A DNA stretch of 64,000 bases, from assembly GCF_036321535.1 (NCBI RefSeq), contig NC_087466.1, positions 2,294,001 to 2,358,000 of the forward strand, in the 5' to 3' direction. The translations under genes were made by a program, and so were the position numbers. Below, in pieces: positions 22,731 to 36,000 of the stretch. Within the stretch, counting starts at the first letter, position 1. Every line of letters starts with the position of its first letter. Under the pieces are notes generated by a model, which was not told where the DNA came from, made no database searches, and saw nothing but the letters and a program-made list of their open reading frames with translations. Origin of the DNA: Camelus dromedarius (taxonomy: Eukaryota).

Positions 22731-24059
22731 AAATTTTTAAAAATATTTTAAGAAATTCCAAAGCTTTGCTTCTCTACTTGGTACCCTGTCACATGTTTCT
22801 CATCTATACAGGGGCTGATTAATACGCTCTTATAACTCTTCCCGGATACCCAGGACCTGCTGAAAATCCTCAGTATAACATGATTTAAGATAAAACTGTC
22901 ACCATGTCTATACAAGAAAAACACTTTTTAATGCTGGATTTTTGCTTCCTCTCAGGACTATCATGGTTTTCTAGTTTATGTTCTTTGCCTAAAGGGAATA
23001 GAAGAAATCACCCAGGAAAACTCTGGGAAATGTCTGGATCAAAAAAGCTCAATGAGTCTGGTTCCCTGCCTAGTCCAATGTTATTTTGAGAATAAAAGTG
23101 GGGTGGAAAAAAAGAGACAGTATCAGCCAAATAACAGAAGGGAGCGAGGGGGCTGGATAAGGCAGTGTTCCCAGCGGCACCTTCTTGCCAGGGGGTGGTC
23201 CACCAGCCTGCCGTGAGCCTACTGAACCAGACAGGCTGGAGGTGCCCTTAAAATCCTATTCCACAAACCACATATAAACCTGCAAACAGGTGGGAAGTTC
23301 TGGGGGAAGAGGATACCTGTTTTGATTTTGCTTTGCTTGGATGGATGGTCATCATCTTGCCGTGACAAGGGCACACCCCATCATACACACCTTTTCACTT
23401 TCAAAGCAGTGGAAAGAGCTGGGCAAAGAGCCCCGGTCCCAGGAAGAAACCAGCCTGGTCACGTGATGGGCCACAGGGCTGGCCTGTGGTGCGGGGACTG
23501 GCATGGAGTGGTGCTCAGTACACTGTGCCTCTCACTGACAGCCACGAACTGGGGGGGGCTGCTGTGAGGTCCCCCACGGTCTGAGGGGCCCTAGGGGTGC
23601 CCAGAGCTGGTGGGCTGTGGGTTGGTCCCAGGATACTGCTTCCTCTTTTTAGGAAACTGTGCATAGCTAGAGGCTAGGAACAGCCAGCCTGAGTTCTGCC
23701 AATTCATAGGACATTCCTGAGAGTCGTGCACTCCCCCGCCAACCTATGAGGTGTCTTACTGTGCGGGGGATGTCAGGATTGCCCAGGGCCACTCAGGCAG
23801 ACCTGTACTCTCAGCTTACCAGGGCCTGCCTGACTCCAGCGCCCCCACACCCTCAGTGCTGGGGATTCCTGGATGGTGTCCCGCTTGGTGAGGGATAAAC
23901 GAGGGTGTCTGCAGCAATGGAATGCGGATGGGATCCAAACCAGTCCCCGCAAACCTGCACCTCAACCTCCACCAGCTTCGGAGGCCACCCTAGTGGCCTG
24001 GGCTTCCTCATCTGTGAACTGGGCACAGGGATAGGGCGTCCCCAGAACCTGGCGAGTTA

Positions 24060-24226
24060 GGAGTGAGTGGGCTACCTGGATGTTCGTGACAGCGAGGTGG
24101 GGCCCTGCGCTGGGTCTGGCGCCCGGGGGGTAGGGCGGGCTCTGCGTGCAGACGACACCGGCAGGCGGCAGGCGGCAGGCGGGGCGGGCTCAGCGCACAG
24201 AGCAGCAGCGGCAGCGGAGACAGCAG
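24060..24226 (+). promoter_or_regulatory. SLC7A4 CpG-rich promoter and non-coding exon 1
   Basis: GC boxes (ggggcggg at 24181); donor CAG|GTGGGT at 24226; matching acceptor ctcctccag at 24809, upstream of the ATG. Confidence 0.6.
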
Positions 24227-24858
24227 GTGGGTCGCAGGGTCCTGTGCAGACGACTCGGGAGGAGGCAAAAGCTCAGGTGCCTGGGGACGGGGCGCGGTGA
24301 AACTGGCTCCGGGGGTAGCAGGGGCGTACGGCGGGGCCCGGGCACAGCTCTGAGCCTGAGGTTTCTGAGCCAGACCCAGGGTGCCCCCGCTTGCGGCCAG
24401 CGCTCGGTTACTCCAGCCCTGCGGGGTGGGGGAGGGGAAGGTGACCATGATGTCTGAGGCCAGGTGGCCGCCTGGGCTACGCCCAGGACCGCAGCTCCAC
24501 TCCTGTTCCGGGTCCTGGAGGCCTGGCCCAGCTCCCAGGAAGCCTCCGGTTTCCACCTGGCTCTGGGTTCCCAGCCGCGTTCCCTGGGGCTGCCCCCTCC
24601 TCACCCTCAGGGCTACCCCCTCAAACACACCCAAATTCGCTCCACCAGGCTCCCTGCCCTGCCCTGCAAGCATCTCTGGGACCTCCTGCCCAGCCCTGTC
24701 CCAGCCCAGCCCTCCAGCATGCCAGCGTTCAAGGGCGCTCAGGTCCCCTGGGTGGGGTCCAAGGAAGGACTGAAGCTGGTCAGTGACCCAGCCTGTCACT
24801 CTCCTCCAGCCCTGGTAGGTGCTGGCAGCTGGCTCCGTGCTTCTCCCAACTGCCCACC

Positions 24859-27489
24859 ATGGCCTTGGGGCTGCCCAGCGCTGCTGGCCTGGCCCGCCTC
24901 TGCCAGAGGGTGAATCGGCTGAAGCGGCTGGAGGACACCACCATGGAGACATCACTGCGGCGCTGCCTGTCCACACTGGACCTGACCCTGCTGGGAGTGG
25001 GGGCCACAGTGGGCTCGGGCCTCTATGTGCTCACAGGCACTGTGGCCAAAGAGATAACCGGCCCGGCGGTAGTCGTGGCCTTCGGAGTGGCCGCTGTGGC
25101 CTCCCTGCTGGCGGCCCTGTGCTACGCGGAGTTCGGGGCCCGCGTGCACCGCACAGGCTCTGCCTACCTGTTCACCTATGTGTCCATGGGTGAGCTGTGG
25201 GCCTTCCTCATCGGCTGGAACTTGGTGCTTGAGTATGTGATTGGTGGTGCCGCCGTGGCCCGTGCCTGGAGCGGCTACCTGGATGCCATGTTCGACCACC
25301 AAATCCGCAACTTCACTGAGGCTCACATAGGCGTCTGGCAGGTGCCCTTCCTGGCCAGATACCCAGACATCCTGGCTGCCAGCATCCTGCTCCTGGCCTC
25401 CGTCTTCGTCTCCTGTGGAGCCCAAGTCTCCTCCTGGCTCAACCACACCTTCTCTGGCATCAGCATGCTCGTCATCCTCTTTGTCATCATCCTGGGCTTC
25501 ATCCTGGCCCGCCCACACAACTGGGGAGAGCAGGAGGGCGGCTTTGCGCCCTTCGGCTTCTCTGGCATCATGGCCGGCACTGCTACCTGCTTCTATGCCT
25601 TCGTGGGCTTTGACGTCATCTCTGCCTCCAGCGAGGAGGCCCGGAACCCGAAGCGTGCCGTGCCCCTGGCCATCGCCATCTCGCTTGGCTTGGCAGCCAG
25701 CGCCTACATCCTGGTGTCCACTGTGCTCACCCTCATGATGCCCTGGCACAGCCTGGACCCCGACTCTGCGCTAGCCGACGCCTTCTACCAGCGGGGCTAC
25801 CGATGGGCCGGCTTCGTTGTGGCGACTGGCTCCATCTGCGGTAAGTGGAGCCCTGCCCTGGCCCCCAGGGAGCACACCTCCATCTGGGCCTTAGTTTTAT
25901 GAGTTGTATAATGGGTTCAGGAAGGTGCTAATTATGAGACTGTCCCCCCAGGCTTGTTGGGAGGGACCTGGCTGCCCCACCCTCATCGTCCGTTCTGCGC
26001 ATGTGCGTCCAGGTCTCTCTTGGACAGCATGACTCAGCCCTCACCAGATTCCCAGTGGCCTGCGACCTAAACTGAGGGGTCCCATTCCTGGGTTGGGGGA
26101 GTGACAATCCCGACTCCACAGTCACTCAGGCTCACTCTGAGAACCCAGACAAACTCGTGCCCCTGCTCCCAAGGTGGGAGTGGCCCCGGGGGTCTGTCTG
26201 CCATGCTGACCAGCCCCCACCCTCTGCCGCAGCCATGAACACAGTCCTGCTCAGTAACCTTTTTTCCCTGCCGCGCATCATCTACGCCATGGCCGTCGAC
26301 GGGCTCTTCTTCCAGGCGTTTGCCTATGTCCACCCCAGGACGCAGGTGCCCTTGGTGGGCATCCTGGTGTTTGGGGTTCTCACGGCTTCTGTGGCGCTGC
26401 TGCTGGACCTTGAGGCGTTGGTCCAGTTCCTGTCCATCGGCACACTGCTGGCCTACACCTTCGTGGCCATCAGTGTTATTGTGCTACGATTCCAGAAGGT
26501 CTCTCTGTCCAGTTCCCCAAGCCCAGCCAGCCCTCGTCCCGCGCCCAAGGAGTACAACTCCTTCTCAGACCGTATAGAGCTGGTGGGCATTGAGCAGGCC
26601 CTGGCCCCTGAGCCTGGGCAGCTCCGGCCAGTCCTGAGGCCCTACCTGGGCTTCCTGGATAGGTGTGGCCCTGGAGCTGCCGTGACTTGGGCCATCTGCA
26701 TCCTGGTGGCCTCAGCCATCACCCTGGGTGGCTTGCTGATCTTCGGGGACTCAGCCCTGCACCTCCCTCGCTGGGGCTACATCCTGCTACTCCTGCTCTG
26801 CAGTGTCATGTTTCTGCTCAGTGTCCTTGTCCTGGGGGCCTACCAGCAGCAGTGCCAGCAGGACACTTTCCAGGTACTCCCCACCCCCACCCCCCACTTG
26901 CTGTCAGCCCACCAGATCCTCCCACCCCCCGCCCACCTGGTCCTCTGCCACAGCGGAACGAGCCATGGCTCCCGTCTCTGGGAGGCAGCAGGCACAGCCC
27001 CCTCCACCTGCAGTCGGGCCCTGGTCTCCAGGATCTCCAGAGGCGGAGAAAGTCTCTGAGGTCTCAGGAGAAGCCCCAGCCCAGCCCTGCCCTTGTGCCT
27101 CAGATCCCCCTGGTGCCGCTGACTCCAGCGCTGAGCGTCCTCCTCAACATCTGCCTCATGCTGAAGCTGAGCTACCTGACCTGGGTGCGCTTCTCCATCT
27201 GGCTGCTCATCGGTGAGTGGGGCCTGGGCTGGGCTCTGGGCAGCCCGGAGGAGGGCGAGCCCCGGGACCTGCCACTCATGCTTCCCCGCCCATTGCAGGG
27301 CTCACCGTGTATTTCTGTTATGGCATCTGGCACAGCAAGGAGAACCGGCGGGAGCCTCCAGGGCTGACCGCCACACACTACGTGGTTTTCCCCAGCGGCA
27401 GCCTGGAGGGGACAGTGCAAGCCGTGCAGCTCCCCAGCGAGGCGCCAGCCCAGGAGCCCGGCCACGCCAAGCAGCCCTCCAGTCCATGA
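24859..27489 (+). CDS. SLC7A4: Cationic amino acid transporter 4 (CAT-4), 640 aa
   Basis: Coding exons 24859-25840, 26233-26873, 27104-27212 and 27299-27489 total 1923 nt, phases consistent, GT-AG introns. Motifs LRRCLSTLDLTLLGVG, CYAEFGARV, FYAFVGFD, EEARNP, YFCYGIWHSKEN. Confidence 0.95.
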
Positions 27490-30009
27490 GGAAGGCTGAG
27501 GACCTGCCCACCCTTGCCCACCTCCTCGGGAGGCCTGCCTTCTCTCCAGGGTGGCTCCAGTTTGTGGGCCTGGCCACGCAAGGGGGTCCTTGGGACCTCT
27601 GGACTGAAGGGACTGAGCTTCACATCTTTGGAAATGGGCGTGGCCAGCGCTGGTGCGGTGGACTCTTTGCCCAGTGCCTTCCAGTTTATGACCAACTCCA
27701 GCTACCTGGGCAAGTGGGGTGGGCCGGTGGGGTAGAGTCCCCAGCCTCAGGGATCTACAGTAATAACTGCCCGTGGCCTGCCAGCATCCATTGTTCCTTG
27801 TGGCGCCGAGCCCTCACCTGCCTCCAGGAACCACTTGTCCCCAGTGCACAGCAAAGACACAGAGCTCTACAAGGCAGTGGAGGGGGTGTGCAGCCCTGGG
27901 ACAGCCCTGAGTCGGGGACATTCAGGCCAGTGCCCTCTGCCCAGCTCAGAGGAAGCTACACTTCCCAGCAGTAGGCACGAGGCACAGAGGGGTCCAAGAC
28001 TGGGGCAGAGTCAGACTCCCCTCCCCAGGCTCCTCACCACAGGACGGGTGGACCCAGAAAGTCGAGCCTGGGCCCCCAGGATGCCGCCTAGAAAGGGCAG
28101 AGGAATTTTGGGGTCCCTTTGGTTTCCCCGGGGCTTCCAGAAAGCGTGTTACGTGCCCGAGTCCTGCCCAGGGAGGCAGAGAGACACTCACACGGGCATG
28201 CAGCCACCTGGCCCACACCCTGGGGTGCACACCCACTTGTAGACTGAGGCAACAGCTGTTTCCAAACTCAGACTTGTGGCAGCTCTCCAGCGGTCATGGC
28301 TGGTGCTCCCAGCTCTCCATCTTTGCCCCATCCCCAAGGGCTTTGGGTAAAGGCTCCAGTGGTACCTGCGTGGGGATGGGTACGTAAGAGCCTGGGCCTG
28401 CTCCAAATTCCTTCCAGCCCACCTGGTCCGAGGGGGTCCCCAGGCTCACCCTGGCCCGCCCCGCTGGTCCCCCCGGTGATGCTTTCACCACCACAGACAC
28501 CTCCAGCTCACGTTCCTGCCCGGAAGGACCACGCGGGAAGCTGCTGGCTTTGGCAGACTTTACTCCTTCACTGTGTAGCCATCACATCAGCTTTCTCTGG
28601 GCCCCTGTCCATGTGACCCCACCCCAGGGACGCAGGGATCCAGAGGCGGCAGAGACCCCAAGGCTTTGCTGAGGCTCCAGGTGCCAGATGGTTCCAGATG
28701 CTAGCCCAGCCTGAGCCCCAGCCTGGCCCTCCCCATTCGGCCCACGTCACTGCACCAGCAAGCAGCCAGCACGCCTGCTCACCAGGGCCCATGAAAAAGC
28801 AGCCCCTCACCTCCCAGGGGCCTCCCCCAAATCCCTGCCGCTGACTTGGGGCCAAGACCCCTACAGCCTGTCCCTCCCTCGACTGTGGGCACCCCCTGCG
28901 GCGTGGGGAGCTCCCAGCAGGCAGGAGTCAGACCCCCATGAGGATTCCAGAGCCAGAACCAGGCCAGCCTCTGGGGGCCTCTGTGATTTGTTTGGGACTT
29001 TCCCTCCAGCCCAGATGGCTGGACTCCACCTGAAGTGAAGGACAGGATCTCCTTCAAGCTGTTGCCTCAGGCTGGTTCTTAGGTGTGACCTCGGGCAGCA
29101 GTGAATTCCAGACACAATCCTCCCCACCCCAACAGGTTCCAGGAGGCTGGGCTGGGTGTCACCCAGGGGGCCCAGAGAAGGTCCTAGAGCCTCCAGTACT
29201 GCCGACTTAGCTCCTCCATCCTCTCCTCCCAATCCCAGCCCTCCACAGGCCAAGGGCTGTCCCCAGAAGGGGCTGGTGCACAGAAAATGAGTGGGTGCCT
29301 GTGCCCTTGCCTGGGGGCCCGAGGGGGTTGGGTTATCTGGCCTCACTTGCATTCCATGGATGAGGCCCCACACTGGGTGGGGCCCTGCCCCAGGCAGCCC
29401 AGCACCAGCACAGTGGAGGCAACCCTCTTATCAGGCCTCTGTCTACTCTGCCTTGGACTCGGGCAGCACAGACCCTGGAGCAGCGCAGCTAAGAGTGTGG
29501 GGGCTCTACCTGCGATGGGGGCGCTGCCAGGGGAGAGGGCTGGGGTCTCCACAGACAGTGGGAGGGTCTGTTCTGACCACTGGTGAGTGGGCTGAGGCTG
29601 GGAGCACTGGTGACAGAGCCTGGGAGAGAGTTCTCCAGACACAGACACAGCAGGAGCCCCTCAGGACTAATGCCCTGTGACATGCTCTGCTGCAGGTCCC
29701 TGTGCAAAACTGGCTTCTGTATCTCCCCAGGCAGCACCCTACCGAGGCCTGAGTCAGGGGAGGGATGGTCCGCCTGGGAGTTGAAGGATGGAATTCTCCA
29801 CCCCCTCGCCCCCCGTGCTGGGGCTCCATCCACGGGGTTCCCCAGGCAAGGCCCCCACCTTTCCCAGCCCAGACCCCCAACAGCAGGGAACAGCTACTAG
29901 CCTCAGGAAGGGCTGGCGAGTGGGGGCCAGTGAGTGGAGACAGGGCCAGGGTCCCGGTGTCCAGCTCCCAGTAGCAGCCGTGGCCATCGGGACAGATGCT
30001 GGGTCCTCC

Positions 30010-33000
30010 CTAAGGCCCCTGGGCAGCTGGGCACGGGGGTGTGGATGCCTGCTCTGTCTGCTCGGGGCTGGTGGTCACCTTTGGAGCCTTTGCCTGCAGG
30101 TGCGAACAGCAGATCAGAGCTCTAGCCTGTACCCTCCAGAAGTGTAGCGAAGCCCAGGGGCCAGGTCGGCCCGCAGCTCACCTCCTCATACTTGGTCTTC
30201 CAGTAGAAAGGAGCTTCTCCATCCACGTACAGCAGCAGTAGGTCACAGAGGAAGGTGATCTGGGAGAGGAGAGGCAGGACTGACCTGTGTCCTGGCCCCC
30301 AACCTGCCCACCCCTCCTGCCACATCCCCAGCCCTCACCCCAAGGGCTGACCTCAGGCACCAGGGGCCCATGCTCACCAAACCAGAGGGAGCCCACGTTA
30401 GGCAGACTCACCACGCCCAGCCAAGCTGCTCCTGTGCCCAGAGTGATGGTCGTAGGAATGAGCGCGAACTTCCCTGCCTGAGAGATCTGGGTGAGCCTCA
30501 GCCAGGACCATCACCACCACCTCCCCTCCACCCCTGTCCACCCCTGCCACCTACCCGCCCCGTGACGAGGATGTCGAAACGGATCCCGTAGAGTTTGAGC
30601 AGACTCCGGGCCTCCACGCCCGAGGCCTCCCACCAGTGAGTGGCTGTCCTGGGTATAGGAGAGAGCCTGGTGGCCTGTTCTGCCTGCTCCGGGGCCAGTC
30701 TGGCCCTCCCAAGCCTCCATCTGACTCATCCACTGACTCCATGAACCCCTCAGCCCCAGCCCTGGGTCTCAGCCCTGTGTTGTCACTGCAGATACAGCAA
30801 AGGAGCAAGCTGGGACCCGCCTCTCAGGAGCTCCCTGCCTGTGGAGGGGACAGGGGCAGAAAGGTCCCTAAACAGACACTGGCCGTGGGGGTGGGGGAGG
30901 TGGGGGGCAGACCCAGGGCTATGAGGGTCTGGGGAGGGATCTCACTCCTCCCCCGTGGACCTGGGAAGGTTTGCTGCAAGGGAGACTCTCAGGATGGTTT
31001 TCCAGCAGTCAGGGAGGTGTTCTTGACAGAGAAAGTAGGGCCGGTAAGGACACAGGGGTATGGGGAACAGACCCTGGGTGGGGGGCCAGTCCCTAATCAT
31101 CACAAAGGGCAGGAGATCAGGGAAGCCAGGCCAGGCCAGGTCCAGGGAGAAAAGTCAAAGGCATCATCTCCAGACCTGGTGGCTGTGTGAGCACAGGTGC
31201 GTGTGTGTGTGTGTGTGCGTGCCTGTGTGTGCACGCCTGTGTGTGCACGCATGTGACAAGGTGACATGAGGTGGTAGAAGGACAGGATTCCAGGGGTGGG
31301 GGGGTCTGTTTAGGAGACTCAAAGACATGACAAGAAACACCATGCAAGATCCCTGAGCGGCAACCTACATGTCCAGTGACAGATGACGATAAAGAAGATG
31401 TGGTGCGTGTATACAATGGAATACTACTCAGCCGTAAAAAAATGAAATAATGCCATTTGCAGCAACGTGGATGAACCTGGAGATGATCCTAAGTGAAGTA
31501 AGTCAGGTAGAGAAAGACAAATATCATATGATTTCACTTATATGGGGAATCTAAAATATGACAAATAACTTACAAAACAGATACTCACAGACAGAGAAAA
31601 CAAACTGTGGGAGTCTGGGGTTAGCAGACATGAATTACTGTATACAAAACAGACAAACAATGAAGTCCTACTGGGTCGCACAGGGAACTACATTCAACAT
31701 CCTATAATAAACTATACTGGAAAGAATATGAAAAAGAATGTGTATAATAACATATTTATATGTATAACTGAATCACTATGCTGTACGCCAGAAATGACAC
31801 AATGTTGTAAACCAACTACACTTAGAAAAAAAGATCCTTGAGTGAATCCTGGATTGGAAAATAAAAAGATTTAGGACTATTACTGGCACAGCTGGGGAGG
31901 GAAATTTAAACATTAGATTCATCTTTCCAATGTTACATTTCCTGAGTGTGACAATAGGACAGCAGTCCCTTGGGAAAGGTCCCCACTCTCAGGATAGCCC
32001 TGAGAGGGGCGAGTGTCCACCGGATGTCTGCCATTTACTTTCAAATGGTTCAGTTTGAAATCTATCTAAATGTACCCGCTCGCTCTAGAGGGAGAGAGAG
32101 AGCAAATGCAGCAATGTGGTAAAAACAAAAACAAAAGCAAACCCTACTCAACCCAGGTGCCACTGTACGGGTGTTCACAATACTGAACTCTGACATTGTC
32201 TATAGATTTTTAAAAATTTTTTGATAAAGCTTTAAGTGAAAATTAAAAAAAGAAAGCCTCCTGTGTGGTGGAAGGGGGAGGGAGGAGGGGCTGGGGGGTG
32301 GTTCTAGGAGCAGCCAGGGGTGCGGGGTGTGTGTGTGTGTGTGGGGAGGGCTCAGGTGGGAGGCTGGGCGGAGCCTGCGCTGGGGGACCTGGAGCTGAGA
32401 AAACCCCGTCCTGCCCCTGGGCCCTCCACCCACACACAGGAGGCGTCCGGAGTTCTGGGAGGGTGGTCTGTCCTGACCGCCACAGAAGGACAGGTGGAGG
32501 AGGACCAGCTGAGGCGCAGGTGGGCAGTGGGGGCCGCACCTGAAGTTGTAGCTCCTCTCCTGCAGCTGGAAGGAGTAGTGGGGCCGGCAGTCAGAGCCCC
32601 CAGCGTCCAGGTCACAATCCCAGCGGACTTGGATGCCCACGGCACCACCCTGTACACAGCACAGCATTGCTCCACCGGCTCGTGGGCCCAGAACACTGTC
32701 CCAGCCCTCCTGGAACCCTGTCCCGACCCATGGACCCACCAGCAGTGCCAGGTCCTCAAAGACCCCTCCAGCCGCAGCCACAAGGTCCCCGATGCGGAAC
32801 ACCGGGCAGGAGGGGCTGGAGCTTGGGTCGTAGCGGCAGCGCTTGAAATAGGTGGGGTCCTGGGTCTCCAAGGCATTGGACCTGAGACAGGTGGGCAGGG
32901 GTCAGGCCAGGCAGGGGACAAAGAGGGTCTTTGGCCAGTCCGGACACCCCCACCTTACTTGGAGAAGTTAAATTTGTGGAAGGTGATGGTGTTTTTGATG

Positions 33001-36000
33001 AACAGCGTGAAGTTCTCGGCCTGGACCAGTAGGGGCTTCCTGCAGGGAAGGAGGGGGGGGCAGGCTCTGAGGTCCTGGGGCCCCGTCCTGGGGGTGGGGG
33101 GGGCGGGTTGGAGGGGAGAGACTTACGTGGGCACAGTGCCGCTCTCTACCGGGCACCAGCCCCGGATCTCACAGGTCCTGTGGGTCCCGTTGAACACCAC
33201 ACACTGGCCCGTCTTTATGCCTTGAAAACACAGGCAAACTCCAGGCCCCCAAACCTCCCCGGGCCTGGGGAGGGGGTGGAGGGGACTGTTGACAAAAAGG
33301 AGAGGCACAGAGGCACCAGAAGGCCCACATGGAGAGTCACCCAGGGCCCCAGTTACCGTGGCTGTGCGTCCCTGCCTCCCCTTCAGGACAGTCCTCGTCG
33401 GCCCAGCAGCTGGCCAGCGGGATGGAGGGGTGCTGGGATGAAAAAGCAGAGTTGCCAAGGGCCCTGTGGTCCACAGGCACTCGACCCTCCTCGCCTTTGC
33501 CCCCCAGGGATCACTGAGTTTGAGGCACATGAGAAAGCTGAAGGGTGCAAATAAAATAGGGCAGGGGAGCAGCCCTGGCTGGACGGGTGAGCAGGTGCTA
33601 TATTCCAAGGCCAAGCATCGTCCCCTCCCTGCCTGTTCTTTCGTAAAACAGGGACCTTGGTGCCTGCACACAGCCACGGAGTTCTGGGATCAGCCAGAAG
33701 GGGAAGGTGCTAAGCTTCCCAAGGGTCCCATGCCCCAGGAGGTAGGTACAGGCTCACAGACGCAGTTCCATAGTCCTGTCCCGGGCTGACATGGATGCCG
33801 CTGCCCTGGCTCAGGGGCAGCAGGGAGACCACAGCGTCCGGCACTAAGAAGGGCTCAGTGACTCTGAGCCAAAAGTGGTGAGTGGGCAGAGGACACTGTG
33901 GGGTCACCTGCTCTCCCTTGCTGTCCCTACCCGTGTCCTGAGTCTGCCCCTCCTCTCTGCCCTGGCTGGGCCACCATCTCCTTCAACCAGACCCCACAGT
34001 GACCACCATGGGGCCCCACCTCTGCCTCATCCACCTCCATCCAGCAGCCTGAATGGTCCCTCCTGAGGCGCAAATGATGACCCTGGAGGTGCCTCATCCC
34101 ATAAGCTCGGAGCCTCTGCCCAGGCAGCCGCCTCTGCCCGGATGTCCTCAAGATCCCAACTGAGCCTGGAGTCCAGCAGGAAACCCTTCAGATGCCCATC
34201 CCTGGGGCTCCCAGCTGTGGCCTCTGCCCCCAACACAGAACCTGCCACCGTGGCCGGGCCAACTGTGCAGGAGCTTGTCGACGTGGAGGGTGGTTTTGCA
34301 GCCCTGGAGGAGGCTTGGCGAGTGTTCTCTGAAGTCTGTGATGCTACACGGAGCACAGTGCACGTGCCGAGAGGGTGGAGACGACCAGGACTCCAGAGGA
34401 GCTGGTCTTGGGAAGAAGGGTTTTCAGATCTGATGAATTACTTCCCTGCCCTGAAGTTTTGAGGGGAGAGCCAGAAGCTGGGACACCAGGAAAAGAGGAA
34501 CCACACAGATTCCAGAAAAGTACAGAACCATGGCCCCAGCAAAATTGCAGGACAGTCCAGAAACTGAACAATAAGTAAATGTCTTCTGAGCATTTAGAAA
34601 GGGAAGGACATTGTGTGTGTTTGTGGAGTGCACGTGCCTCAGATCCTTTGAGGACGGGGAGACGAGGGACATAAAACCCCCAGTAACTGGTGGGACCAGC
34701 GACCAGGAATCAGGGGTAGGTGACCACACTGTTACTCTCCAGCCCAGCAAATGATTATGTTTTAGCCTTGATGAAAGAAAGATGCCACCAGAGAGGAAGG
34801 CTTCCAAAGCTATGTCCTGGGTCCCAAATGTTCAAACAAAATTCACAGCCGAGGAACTATACACTTAATGGTTAAGATGGGAAATTTTATGTTACTTGTT
34901 TTTTTATCACAATAAAAATGTGCTGAATCCGTGCTGAATCCCTGGGACTTTCCTAGACAAGGGGGAAAGGTGAGATTTCAGGGAGAGGATCTGCATTTCT
35001 GGATGAGAAATGGACAAGGATATAGTGGGGGATGCTGGCTTGACCACAGCTGTCATGAAAAATACCCAGACATCGTAAGTGACCCTGAACTCAGCACAAA
35101 CACGAATGTGCTCTTTGCCCACAAAAACGGAAGCTGCCTTGGGACACCTGAATGGAGGCCGTGTGTAGAGAAGGGAGGTGATCTTCCAGCCTGCCTCCTG
35201 CTACTAGAACTGACCTGAGCATTGTGCCCAGTTCTGGGTGATACTCTGACAATCTGCAGAGACCCCAGAGGGGTCCTAGATGGGGAGGGACCTAGACACC
35301 TCGTTGAGGACAGTGGTGGAAGACTCTGGAAGAAGGCTGCTCAGAGATCCGGAGTCCTGTCACTCACAGGCTGGGCGGCTTTGGGCATGTGAGTCTCCCT
35401 TGCTGAGCCTCTGTTTTCTCATCTTAAATGGGGTCATTTAAGTAGATCCTATTGGGCAGGGTACTTGGGATGACTATGTGAGATGATTCGCGGAAAGGTT
35501 TTCTCCCAGAGCCTGGGATAAAGTCGCACTTACTGACGAGCCCTCAGTCACCTGGGAAGGAGAAGAGGGGATATGGCTAGTGACCCAGGGCTGGCGGAGG
35601 AACTAGGGACCCACTGGGAAGCCCTCAGGCAGCCTTACCTCTGGGCATCTGCCCTGAACCTGTTCCGGCGTCACAAGGAAATTAGTCACCAAGAAGAACA
35701 CGTTCTCTCCCTGGAAGGCAAGTGTCAGGGTTGGTCCCTGCTCCCCTCCCCAACTGGGAGAGGCCTGAAGCTGGAAGCCTGGCTTGTGAGGGAAGGGTCC
35801 CATCGAGTCATCAACCCTGTGCCCCAGGAGGATGGGAGGCACAAACAGGAGCCTGGCTGGGCTTCTGGCCATTTCTGAGCCCATGTCTGCCTCTTTGAGA
35901 AAAGCTTATTTCTCACGTTCACTCTTACTTGCTCCACCACTGAAGTTCAGAGCCGAGTTGGACTGGGCACCCACCCAGGCTAGTAGGGAGGTGGACCCCT

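Noticed and set aside
24008-24976. 322-aa minus-strand ORF over the SLC7A4 promoter, and similar long ORFs in CpG islands (50465-51175, 38374-39024, 56747-57745)
   Set aside because: Low-complexity Pro/Gly/Arg/Ala composition typical of GC-rich non-coding DNA; no domain similarity recognised.
27500-29900. p53 response element downstream of P2RX6 (reported for the human gene)
   Set aside because: Only isolated imperfect half-sites (e.g. TGACATGCTC ~29678); no paired RRRCWWGYYY found.
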